59,698 nt of DNA, from positions 1 through 59,698 of the forward strand of contig JANYAY010000169.1 in the NCBI GenBank assembly GCA_025361065.1, written 5' to 3'. Shown piece by piece: positions 1 through 8,631 of this stretch; position 1 is the first letter of the stretch; every line of letters begins with the position of its first letter. The stretch is from Deltaproteobacteria bacterium (GTDB taxonomy: Bacteria > Desulfobacterota > Syntrophia > Syntrophales > Smithellaceae). The translations under genes were made by a program, and so were the position numbers. The notes under the pieces are model-generated. The model was not told the DNA's origin and ran no database searches. It saw nothing but the letters and a program-made list of their open reading frames with translations.

Positions 1-582
1 GGCCTTGCACATGATGAAATCCATGATATCCGGATGATCGATCCGCAGAATACCCATATTGGCGCCCCGGCGTGTCCCGCCCTGCTTGATCGTTTCCGTG
101 GCCACATCAAAAACGCGCATGAAAGAAATCGGCCCGCTGGAAATACCGGTGGTGGTTAAAACAACATCATTGGCAGGACGCAGACGGGAAAAAGAAAATC
201 CGGTACCGCCGCCGGATTTATGAATCAGGGCGGTATATTTAACGGCATCAAATATTTCCTCCATGGAATCGCCTACGGGCAATACAAAGCAGGCCGACAA
301 CTGGCCCAGCTCACGCCCGGCATTCATCAGTGTCGGTGAGTTGGGAAGAAATTCCAACAGCGTCATCATGCGGTAAAACTCTTCCGCAATCGGCGCTGTA
401 TCCGCTTTTATATTGAACTTTAGATCAGCGGCCGCGATGGTATCGGCTACACGCCGGAACATCTGGATGGGTGTCTCCAGGATTTTTCCTTCTTTGTCAC
501 GTTTCAGATAACGGCGCTCCAGAACTGTTAGGGCATTTTTCGTCAATTCCGGAGTAATCGGAGTGTAAGGCTGCTTTTCCAT
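1..582 (-). CDS. nrdJ: Adenosylcobalamin-dependent (class II) ribonucleotide reductase, N-terminal 194 codons; runs off the window edge
   Basis: Manual translation from ATG at 582 (not in ORF track): [29 protein letters not shown]...[29 protein letters not shown]...[15 protein letters not shown]...[20 protein letters not shown]. These are diagnostic RNR large-subunit motifs. Confidence 0.93.
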   Translation of the reverse strand, partial: MEKQPYTPITPELTKNALTVLERRYLKRDKEGKILETPIQMFRRVADTIAAADLKFNIKADTAPIAEEFYRMMTLLEFLPNSPTLMNAGRELGQLSACFVLPVGDSMEEIFDAVKYTALIHKSGGGTGFSFSRLRPANDVVLTTTGISSGPISFMRVFDVATETIKQGGTRRGANMGILRIDHPDIMDFIMCKA

Positions 583-627
583 TCAAGTTTTGCTCCTGGG
601 ATAAAGTAAGAGGGCTGTTAATTATAA

Positions 628-675
628 GTACTACATGTAGTATTATTTATTTCCATTAAACACAACATCTAGATG
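628..675. promoter_or_regulatory. Tandem NrdR boxes
   Basis: GTACTACATGTAGTAT (628-643) and ACACAACATCTAGATG (660-675) match the NrdR consensus acaCwAtATaTwGtgt. They are 32 bp apart and immediately upstream of nrdJ. Confidence 0.85.
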
Positions 676-769
676 TTGTCAATATGATGATGCATCTTTT
701 AAAAAAAAGTTGCGAAGTGGCGGACAGGACTGGAGAAAAATTCGGAATGATCTCACGACAGCAGGGAAA

Positions 770-850
770 CCCTCCTTTTCTAAAGGAGGGTTAGGGAGGA
801 TTTTACAAACAAATTTAAATCCCCCTCAATCCCCCTTTATGAAAGGGGGA
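770..850. repeat. REP-like palindrome doublet
   Basis: CCCTCCTTTTCTAAAGGAGGG ... CCCCCTTTATGAAAGGGGG, with complementary GGGAGGATTT / AAATCCCCCTC arms. Confidence 0.7.
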
Positions 851-868
851 ATCAAAAATTTATGTTTA

Positions 869-966
869 ATCCCGCTGCTGCGGGACGAGCGTTAATTCTC
901 GTGAGCGAGCTCGCGATATAATGACGTTCATTTCATACATCGACAGCTTGCTGAGAGGTGGTTGAT
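869..966 (+). repeat. Family A hairpin repeat (long copy)
   Basis: ATCCCGCTGCTGCGGGACGAGCGTTAATTCTC...ATATAATGACGTTCATTTCATAC...GGTTGA. Related copies at 27696, 38959, 45807 and 57867. Confidence 0.85.
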
Positions 967-2489
967 TACTTGAAAAACGGGGCGTGGTTGGAAGTAAAAT
1001 AATCCGGTGTGCGTTGAATAATTTTGGCGACGGCCGGATGTTTTTTGAAAGTCTTTTCTAAAAATTTGCGCACATCGGAGCGTTGCCAGCCCTTTGGATG
1101 CACAAAGTCTTGATAAAGCGACAAATCGCCTTCATAAAAATTGGTGGTGGCCAGGCTTTTTGCTTCGGCGCTTAATACCGGCAAGTTAAAAATCGCCAGA
1201 TTCAAAAAATCGATACAATCATGGTGATCAACGGTAAACTGCAAAGTCTTCCCGGCGCTTTCTTCGTTTTCCGGCGGTGTACCAAAAAGCAGATAAACAT
1301 AAGTGGCAATGCCGGCGCGGGAAATTGCTTTTAACGCCTGCGAAGCCATAGGTATTTCTATGCCCTTGTTGAGCGAATCGAGCACTGCCTGGTCGCCCGA
1401 TTCGATGCCGAGTTTCAGCATAGTACAACCGCTGCGCCGAAGCTGCCGGCAAAAATCGTCATCCGTCAGATGGCGGGTAATTCTTGTAAATCCATACCAG
1501 GGGACACCCAAGTCACTCCGGGCCAAAGCATTGAGCAGCGCGGGGCTCAGAGCATTATCCAGCAGATGAATCATTCCCGGACGCATTTCGCCGCAAAGCC
1601 TGTGCAGTTGCGCCAATACTTGAGTTGCTGATTGCGGCAAATAGGGATTATTTTCAGCCTTCTCGGGGCAGAAAGAACATTGATGCCAGTAGCAACCCTG
1701 CGCTGTGCTGTAAGGTAAAATGGAGACAGGCGAAAGATAGTCCTTTAAAGGAAAATCCCGGTAGCCGGGCGGCGTATCGATTGGACCGCTTTTACAACCC
1801 AGCAATTCCAACAATTTCCTTTCACCGGCCCCGGCGACCATTTCATCAACAAGTCCACGGAAAATATTGTTATTGCCGGCAATCTTCACCCAGGACGTTG
1901 CGAGAGAGCCACCCAGGATAACTTTCTGCCGGGGATTTATTTTTTTAATGAATCCGATCATGGCGAAGGTACAAAGCGCCTGGCTTAAATAATTCAAGGA
2001 AAACCCTATAAATTCAGGATCTTCTTTTAGAGCATTCCCCAGACGTGAAGAAAAGTAAGGATAAAAGGGATTTAAGTGCGGCTTTTCGGCAGCCCCCAGC
2101 AAATCACTGCTTTTAACCGGGCTTAATTGCCGGTCATGATAATCGGTGAGCGACAGATCAACACCGTAAGCTTTCCCGGCCAGGCTGACGAGACGATTGA
2201 TATCGGCAACGGTGCGCTGGTAGCGGCTATAATTGCCATAAATATTACTGCCCCGCAAGGCACAAAGATTTTTCTCCCGATGTTTCCAGGCACGCGCCGT
2301 CCAGCGATCGCTACCGCAGTTTTCCCCGGCCGGATTTTCCAGCAGATAGAGAATGCCTTCCAGATTGGCATCGATTATTTGATGAGTAATGCCGTTTGCC
2401 TGCAGACAGCCGACAAGTTTGGCGATGCCTGCCGGCGGTTCTGAAGGTTTGCTGACTGGCGGATGAATCAGAATTATTTGCGGGTTCAT
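966..2489 (-). CDS. B12-binding-domain radical SAM protein
   Basis: CYWHQCSFC (CxxxCxxC) motif; N-terminal cobalamin-binding-like domain (LIHPP...IIDAN...IGFS...ILGG); GIESGDQAVL. Confidence 0.85.
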   Translation of the reverse strand: MNPQIILIHPPVSKPSEPPAGIAKLVGCLQANGITHQIIDANLEGILYLLENPAGENCGSDRWTARAWKHREKNLCALRGSNIYGNYSRYQRTVADINRLVSLAGKAYGVDLSLTDYHDRQLSPVKSSDLLGAAEKPHLNPFYPYFSSRLGNALKEDPEFIGFSLNYLSQALCTFAMIGFIKKINPRQKVILGGSLATSWVKIAGNNNIFRGLVDEMVAGAGERKLLELLGCKSGPIDTPPGYRDFPLKDYLSPVSILPYSTAQGCYWHQCSFCPEKAENNPYLPQSATQVLAQLHRLCGEMRPGMIHLLDNALSPALLNALARSDLGVPWYGFTRITRHLTDDDFCRQLRRSGCTMLKLGIESGDQAVLDSLNKGIEIPMASQALKAISRAGIATYVYLLFGTPPENEESAGKTLQFTVDHHDCIDFLNLAIFNLPVLSAEAKSLATTNFYEGDLSLYQDFVHPKGWQRSDVRKFLEKTFKKHPAVAKIIQRTPDYFTSNHAPFFK

Positions 2490-2679
2490 AAACTGATATT
2501 TCCTAATTCTGCCCGGAGAACTTATTTCCGGAAATTTTCATTCACAATCGTTGTGTCTATTATCCAATGATCGTTAAAGCAAGATGATTTTACATCCCCT
2601 TGTCCCGGCATTTTTAAAAGGTTGTGTTTTCAGGCCTTATTGGCTAGAGAGGAAACATTGATCAACGTGGAGCCGGACA

Positions 2680-3600
2680 ATGTTAAAACTGCTAGCCAAC
2701 CGCAATTTCATTTTTCTCCTGGCCATTACCCTGGGCCTCGTTTTGCCCGGGCCCGCAGCCTGGACGACACCATTCATGATCCCCGCTTTGGCGTTTGTAA
2801 TGACGCTGGCAACGATCGCTGTACCCAACGACTATTTTCTGAAGCTACGTTCGATTTTACTGCCGTCGCTGTCCGGTATCCTCATGACGTATGTTGTGCT
2901 GGGAGGCGCTATTCTGGCGGCATCGGCCCTGCTTATTTCCGATCAAAACATATGGATCGGTTTTGTCCTGATAGCCGCAGTGCCTCCGGCCGTAGCCGTC
3001 ATTCCTTTCACAGCCATTCTGGAAGGAAATGTCTCTTATACTTTATCGGGCACTGTATCTTCGTACTTGACGGCTTTGCTGATCATGCCTTTGATGTTCT
3101 GGATATTTATCGGAACTACCTTTGCTGACCCCTCTAAGCTTTTCCGGATCATGCTGTTGTTGATTATTCTGCCGCTCGTCCTGTCCCGGCTGATTCTTTA
3201 CTTCCAGCTGCAAGAGCGGATTGCTCCAGTCCGCGGAATGCTGACCGACTGGGGATTTTTTATCGTCCTGTATTCGATGATTGGCGTGAATCGTGATTTG
3301 ATTTTCGCAAAACCGCTGATGACCTTTCCTGTAATGCTGGTTGTGCTTTTGACAACATTTGTTCTGGGATTTGCTATTGAAAAAATTGGGGGTTTTCTCC
3401 GGATCGATAAAAAAAATATTATCAGCCTGGTTCTTCTGGGCACTTTGAAAAATCAGGGCATCGCCGGAGGTCTGGCTATTGTTCTGTTCGAGAAAGAAGC
3501 AGCGCTTCCTTCCGCCGTCTACAGCATCTTTATGATTCTTTATTTTCTGTGGTTAGATTGGCACAGGCGCAGGCAATTAGCCGGAGCGGCGAAGGGGTGA
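2680..3600 (+). CDS. Bile acid:sodium symporter (BASS/ACR3-like) family transporter
   Basis: About 9-10 hydrophobic segments; AAVPPA and GTLKNQGIA motifs typical of the BASS fold. Confidence 0.75.
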   Translation: MLKLLANRNFIFLLAITLGLVLPGPAAWTTPFMIPALAFVMTLATIAVPNDYFLKLRSILLPSLSGILMTYVVLGGAILAASALLISDQNIWIGFVLIAAVPPAVAVIPFTAILEGNVSYTLSGTVSSYLTALLIMPLMFWIFIGTTFADPSKLFRIMLLLIILPLVLSRLILYFQLQERIAPVRGMLTDWGFFIVLYSMIGVNRDLIFAKPLMTFPVMLVVLLTTFVLGFAIEKIGGFLRIDKKNIISLVLLGTLKNQGIAGGLAIVLFEKEAALPSAVYSIFMILYFLWLDWHRRRQLAGAAKG

Positions 3601-3816
3601 ATTTTCACTCCTTCGTTTATCTTTTATTCAATGGCTGTTAATGTCAGGTGTGTTTAGCTTCACTATTTCCAGCTTGACAGGAAAGGTAATGTTTGCGCAA
3701 TATATAGCTATTGAAGTATGTTTCGATTACTACCAATAACGACACTGAAGCGAGCAGGCCAAAGTTAACTCGCTAAAAAAGAAAGCGTTTAATATTAAAA
3801 CCCATTTTGGTATTTT

Positions 3817-4608
3817 GTGACAAATAAGATAATCCAATCGCCTAAAAGTGGCAAATTGATAATGGCGTTTCTGGCAGCAGTTTTTGTAGTACTCACCTGC
3901 GGCCATTTATTTGCTGCGGAAAAATACCCGCAACCGCGCGGAGCCGTTAACGATTTTGCCAATGTTATTGATCAGGGCAGTAAAGCCAAAATGGAAGCCC
4001 TGGCAAGCGAAGTACTGCAAAAAACAGGCACGGCGGTCGTCGTGGTAACTGTTCCTACTATCGGGGAGAATGAAGAAACCAGCCTTTACGTCAATGGCCT
4101 TTACAAAGCCTGGGGTATCGGGAAAAAGGGCGAAGACAAAGGCGTTTTAATATTTTTAACTGTCAAGGAAAGAAAAGTCCGTATCGAAACCGGTTACGGT
4201 GTCGAAGGTATTTTGCCTGATGGTTTGGTCGGGGAAATTCGCGACAAGTATTTAAAGCCTCAACTCCAGGCCGGCAACTATGGTCAGGCCTTTTATGACA
4301 CAATGTATGTCCTGAGTTCTTACATTGCCAAAGATGCCAATGTGCAACTCAGCGGGTCTCCTGTTCCTGCCCGATCCAGGGCCAGGGCGGAGAAAAAAGG
4401 ATTTAATGTTTTCGGGCTGATTATCTTTTTGGCGGTTGCGGCATTGCTTTTGGGAACAAAAGCCGGGAGATCAATGCTTCCCTGGTTATTGCTGCTGCTG
4501 ATGAGCGGTGGCGGCCGCGGCGGCGGAGGTGGCGGAGGATTCAGCGGCGGCTTTGGCGGCTTTGGCGGAGGCGGCAGCGGCGGAGGTGGAGCCGGAGGTG
4601 ACTATTAG
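3817..4608 (+). CDS. TPM-domain (YgcG-like) membrane protein with Gly-rich tail
   Basis: VNDFANVI, WGIGKKGEDKGVLI and RIETGYGVEGILPDG motifs; TM helix; GGFSGGFGGFGGGGSGGGGAGGDY tail. Confidence 0.92.
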   Translation: MTNKIIQSPKSGKLIMAFLAAVFVVLTCGHLFAAEKYPQPRGAVNDFANVIDQGSKAKMEALASEVLQKTGTAVVVVTVPTIGENEETSLYVNGLYKAWGIGKKGEDKGVLIFLTVKERKVRIETGYGVEGILPDGLVGEIRDKYLKPQLQAGNYGQAFYDTMYVLSSYIAKDANVQLSGSPVPARSRARAEKKGFNVFGLIIFLAVAALLLGTKAGRSMLPWLLLLLMSGGGRGGGGGGGFSGGFGGFGGGGSGGGGAGGDY

Positions 4609-4730
4609 GGACCGTTACGAAATAACCACCCATGCGGGTGGCAAGACCATCTCATTTCCAAGAATTTCGTTACGGACCCTTATGCCGGTTATGATATTAC
4701 AATGTTACAGTTATTGTTGAACAACGGCTT
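4609..4730 (+). repeat. Family D repeat (ACCACCCATGCGGGTGG hairpin element)
   Basis: Shares CCGTTAC..AATAACCACCC, CGGGTGGCAAGACC, ATTTCG.TACGG..CCTTATGCCG and TTGAACAA.GGCTT blocks with 29131-29329. Confidence 0.7.
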
Positions 4731-4756
4731 GATATATGAAGAAATGGATTGAATTT

Positions 4757-5482
4757 ATGACAAAAATACCAGATCGGCCCCAAGACATTTTTGTTCCCTT
4801 GACGCAGGATTATTTAAAAATATTCGGCAAGGAGCTGGTTTCACTCGTTCTTTACGGAAGTGCAGCCGGCGGGTCATATATTAAGGGCAAGTCGGATATA
4901 AATTTGCTGGTCGTGCTGACGCCCGCCGGAATGGATAAATTTTCGGATGTTTTGGATACCGTCAAATCCTGGAAAAAGCGCCGTGTCGCCGTGCCGCTGA
5001 TTATGACCAAAGATTTTATTGAATCCTCATTGGATTCCTATCCCATAGAATTTTTAGGCATGAAAAACAATCATATCTTAATTTACGGGGAAAACATATT
5101 AGACGGATTGAACTTTAATCCGGCTGATTTACGCCTGCAAATAGAGAGGGAGCTGCGGGGCAAGTTGATTCTCCTGCGACAGGGATACCTGGAAGCAGAA
5201 GGTAAAGCGCAACTATTGAGAAAACTTATCGGTAATTCACTGACAGCTTTTATTGCTGTTTTCAATGCCCTGCTGTATTTTAAACAGGGAAAAGCGCCGC
5301 GGGGCAGGCGCGATACAATAAAAGAAGTGGGAGAGCTCTTTACAATTGATACGGCAGTATTTATGCTATGCGCCGATATTAAAGAAGGCAAAGATAAGCT
5401 TACAAGCGTTGAAGTTGTGGATATTTTTAGAAAATATCTACAGAAAGTCAATAATATTTGTAACATAGTCGATCGCTTATAA
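4757..5482 (+). CDS. Pol-beta-superfamily nucleotidyltransferase-domain protein with helical C-terminal domain
   Basis: LVLYGSAAGGSYIKGKSDINLLVVL (GS...DxN). Start at 4757 or 4736. Confidence 0.8.
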   Translation: MTKIPDRPQDIFVPLTQDYLKIFGKELVSLVLYGSAAGGSYIKGKSDINLLVVLTPAGMDKFSDVLDTVKSWKKRRVAVPLIMTKDFIESSLDSYPIEFLGMKNNHILIYGENILDGLNFNPADLRLQIERELRGKLILLRQGYLEAEGKAQLLRKLIGNSLTAFIAVFNALLYFKQGKAPRGRRDTIKEVGELFTIDTAVFMLCADIKEGKDKLTSVEVVDIFRKYLQKVNNICNIVDRL

Positions 5483-5514
5483 TAGAGACACTTTAACATA
5501 ATCAGGAGGTAAAA

Positions 5515-6090
5515 ATGGATTCCAAAAAGAAAACTTTGCTCATCGTGCTGGCGGTAATTGTTGTTCTGGTCATAGCCTTATATTCTTTCTTTGCAGGCAA
5601 CTATAATAAATTCATCAAGATGGATGTGGGAATAAAAGCGGCCTGGTCGCAGGTGGAAAATCAGCTGCAACGCCGGTATGACCTGATTCCCAATCTGGTG
5701 GAAACAGTCAAGGGTTATGCCAAGCAGGAAAAAGATGTGCTGGTGGAAGTCACCAATGCACGGTCAAGGGTTGGTGGTGCGGGAACTGTACCGGATAAGA
5801 TTGCCGCCAACAATGAATTGAGCGGCGCTTTAAGCAGATTGATGGTTGTTGTGGAGCGCTACCCGGATTTGAAATCAAATCAAAATTTCATGAAATTACA
5901 GGATGAACTGGCGGGCACGGAAAATCGTATTGCGGTGGAAAGAATGAGATATAACGAAGCCGTGAAGGTTTATAATGAAGCTATTCGATCATTCCCGGCT
6001 AACATTCTGGCCGGTATGTACGGGTTTAAAGATGCGGCCTTCTTTGAAGCTCCAAAAGATGCGAAAGTAGCTCCTAAAATTAAGTTCTAG
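5515..6090 (+). CDS. lemA: LemA family protein
   Basis: N-terminal TM; WSQVENQLQRRYDLIPNLVETVKGY, ERYPDLKSNQNF, ELAGTENRIAVER. Confidence 0.95.
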   Translation: MDSKKKTLLIVLAVIVVLVIALYSFFAGNYNKFIKMDVGIKAAWSQVENQLQRRYDLIPNLVETVKGYAKQEKDVLVEVTNARSRVGGAGTVPDKIAANNELSGALSRLMVVVERYPDLKSNQNFMKLQDELAGTENRIAVERMRYNEAVKVYNEAIRSFPANILAGMYGFKDAAFFEAPKDAKVAPKIKF

Positions 6091-6115
6091 CTTGCTTCTC
6101 CGTTCAATAAAAATC

Positions 6116-6152
6116 AAAAGCCCTGAATCTCTTAAAAAGATTCAGGGCTTTT
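6116..6152. terminator. Bidirectional intrinsic terminator
   Basis: AAAAGCCCTGAATCT-cttaaaa-AGATTCAGGGCTTTT between convergent genes. Confidence 0.85.
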
Positions 6153-6224
6153 CAACTTATCACATATTTCCTTCCGGGTAAAAACGGCTGGCAGCAATTT
6201 TTTATAATTTGCCTGACAATCAGG

Positions 6225-7265
6225 TCATTGCACCTTTACACCGCCTTCGTTAAACAGGATGATGGATCCATTAGCATCGAACTTTCCACTCGTGGCTATC
6301 CATTTGTTTCCTGCCGCATCGACCTCCAGCCAGTAGCTCGAATTATTGGGCAGTTTGAATGATCTCATTTTTTTGCCGTCTTGCCGCAACAATCCAGGTT
6401 CCCGACCCGGGCCACGGTTGATATTATTGGCTAACCAAAGGACGTTCTGCCGATCAACGGCCACATCCTCAAAATAACAGCCGCCGCCATAGTTACATCC
6501 AATCAAATGGAATTTTCCGTCAGCATATCTGTATGCTTCGCCGGTGTAATTGGTAAAGTACATAACGCTATTCGTATCGAATTTAATGCTTTTCACCATG
6601 CGGCCCGTCGGAAGACCGATAGTTTTCCCGGCTTTGAATATTTCCCATCGCTTACCGTCAAATTTAGCGATATCTCCTTGTCCAGTGCCGATCCAGACGG
6701 TACCATTTTTGTCGATACTCAAGGCGGAAATCTGCCGATACGGAAGAGATGAGTTCTCCGGAGAAAATAAATTCCACTCTTTACCATCGTAACGAACCAA
6801 TCCGCTATAGGTTGCAAGCCACATGACGTTGTTTTTATCGAAAACCATGAGTGATACAGTTTTTACATACTCAGGGAGGGGAATAATATCTTTGGTTATA
6901 AGCTGCCAGGTATTACCGTCAAACGTGGCCAGCGGTGCCCCCTTGTAACACTGCAACCCAACCCACAACACACCTTTGGTGTCGACCGCAAGCGGTTGAA
7001 AGTTGCCGCAGGATGAATCAGCGAAGGCGGCTACGTTTTCCCTGCTGAAAGCCTCGTGCTTCCCGCCGGTGAACCGTAAAATGGTTTTCATTGTGCCTGC
7101 CCAAGCCGTTTTACCGTCAGGGGCTATCTTAAGAGAAGAGAAAAACGGCCTATCTGTATTCAACCGTGGAGAGTCAAATATAACTTTCACATCATCGGCA
7201 AACCCTGACAACGGCAGCAAGCATATGACAAAAATGCTGACTAACAGGGAATAAATATTTTTCAA
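6225..7265 (-). CDS. Secreted beta-propeller protein (Reg_prop-like repeats)
   Basis: Signal peptide; repeated D-x-x-G-x-x-W-I/V-G-T...YDGxxW blades; NSSLP motif. Confidence 0.75.
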   Translation of the reverse strand: MKNIYSLLVSIFVICLLPLSGFADDVKVIFDSPRLNTDRPFFSSLKIAPDGKTAWAGTMKTILRFTGGKHEAFSRENVAAFADSSCGNFQPLAVDTKGVLWVGLQCYKGAPLATFDGNTWQLITKDIIPLPEYVKTVSLMVFDKNNVMWLATYSGLVRYDGKEWNLFSPENSSLPYRQISALSIDKNGTVWIGTGQGDIAKFDGKRWEIFKAGKTIGLPTGRMVKSIKFDTNSVMYFTNYTGEAYRYADGKFHLIGCNYGGGCYFEDVAVDRQNVLWLANNINRGPGREPGLLRQDGKKMRSFKLPNNSSYWLEVDAAGNKWIATSGKFDANGSIILFNEGGVKVQ

Positions 7266-7362
7266 TTTACTTTCCTCCTTAAGTTTTGGTTCGTTTTACA
7301 GACGGGGCAAAGCGCTGCGATGACTTGCGCTGCCTCATCGAAGTGATTATGAGGAACCGGAA

Positions 7363-8583
7363 TTACTTTTCCTGATTGCCTGCTGCATCCAGTTTGAACA
7401 GCCACACCGCTACACCTTTGTCATCGCTTCCGCACACAACATAGCCACCGTCAGAGGACTGCACCACGGCGTATCCGGTTGACAGGCGTCGGTCGGAAAT
7501 TTCTTTATCCCAGAGCTGCACTCCTTTGTTGTCAATTCGCAGAACCCAGAGGATAGCCTTGCCCGGACTTATCCCGCCAGTGGCGATAAATCCGTTATCT
7601 GCTGTTGGCGTTACAGCCCACAGCCCGGCACTTCTTCCCTGCTGATTTTTACCAAAGGTTTTGTGCCAGCCGACAGAGCCGTTGGCATCAAACTTAGCCA
7701 ACAGTCCGTCTCCATCACCGGAACCTGCAAAAACCAATCCCCCATCGCTTACTGCATTTATTGCCCCCAAAGAACTTTGCCGATACTGATCGAGCTGACG
7801 CCGCCACACAATATTGCCGGAAGAGTCCAGCTTCAGGACAACGGCATGTTCATCAGGTGCTGTAAAAGCAGCATAGAAATGTCCATCTGTCGCCGCGGTA
7901 ATGGCAACCGGAGAAGCTCCGCCTCTGTCGTCCGCAGCTCCCGGAAATTTTTCCCACTGCCGGTTTCCGTTTTTGTCCAGGCGGACAAGCCATGCTGTCA
8001 CGGCTCCACCTACGCTGCCGAATCCACCCACAATAAAACCACCGTCAGCGGTCTGGAGAAGGGAGCGCCCTTCACCGGCAGAGGTATTGGCACTCCATTG
8101 GCAGCCATAGGCTTTTTCCCAAATGGTCGCGCCGTTTTTGGTAAGTTTAATTACCCATAGTTCGTTCCACGTCGATCCGCCATGCTGAGCAGATAACTCT
8201 TTTGTGCCGGTCACCAGATAGCCGTCAGCCGTTTCCAGAACCGCATAACCGTGGTTAGAACTGTTTTTCTGAGGGGAAAATCCTTTTTCCCAGATCTTCG
8301 TGCTACGGCTGTCGGTTTTCATAACCCAAAGTGAAGAGCCGTTGTCGTTGGCGTTTTCTCCTTTTGAGCCGGTCAGCAGGTAGCCGCCGTCGGAGGTGGC
8401 AATAACCGCTGCCCGATAGTTGTTAAATGTCGGAAATGTTTTGCTCCATGTTGCAGAGGCGCCGGTTGTTTTTTGCTGTTTGAGGTTCTTTGCCCCGGCA
8501 TCCACAAAATCAAAAAATCCTGCTCCCATGCCCAGCAGTACAACAATGCCGGTTGTGGCAAGCAGTCGGGTAAGTCCCGTCAT
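7363..8583 (-). CDS. Secreted beta-propeller repeat protein (TxDGGY...W..K.D..G...W repeats)
   Basis: Signal peptide; about 7 repeats such as ATSDGGYLLTG, QTADGGFIVGG, QSSDGGYVVCG and KLDxxGNxxW. Confidence 0.75.
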   Translation of the reverse strand: MTGLTRLLATTGIVVLLGMGAGFFDFVDAGAKNLKQQKTTGASATWSKTFPTFNNYRAAVIATSDGGYLLTGSKGENANDNGSSLWVMKTDSRSTKIWEKGFSPQKNSSNHGYAVLETADGYLVTGTKELSAQHGGSTWNELWVIKLTKNGATIWEKAYGCQWSANTSAGEGRSLLQTADGGFIVGGFGSVGGAVTAWLVRLDKNGNRQWEKFPGAADDRGGASPVAITAATDGHFYAAFTAPDEHAVVLKLDSSGNIVWRRQLDQYRQSSLGAINAVSDGGLVFAGSGDGDGLLAKFDANGSVGWHKTFGKNQQGRSAGLWAVTPTADNGFIATGGISPGKAILWVLRIDNKGVQLWDKEISDRRLSTGYAVVQSSDGGYVVCGSDDKGVAVWLFKLDAAGNQEK

Positions 8584-8631
8584 TTTTGCTTCCTTTCCCT
8601 TATCTTTTTGGCAAATCAGAAAAATCCCGTC

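Noticed and set aside
583-770. Cobalamin riboswitch expected upstream of nrdJ
   Set aside because: No B12-box or GGGAA motif arrangement recognised; the NrdR boxes explain the region.
710-895. 61-aa ORF (…PSFSKGGLGRI…NPPQSPFMKGG…)
   Set aside because: It is a translation of REP and family A repeats, not a gene.
4757-5482. NTase as a CBASS cyclase or an MNT-HEPN toxin-antitoxin component
   Set aside because: No effector, Cap or separate HEPN (Rx4-6H) partner nearby; the context is lemA/TPM.
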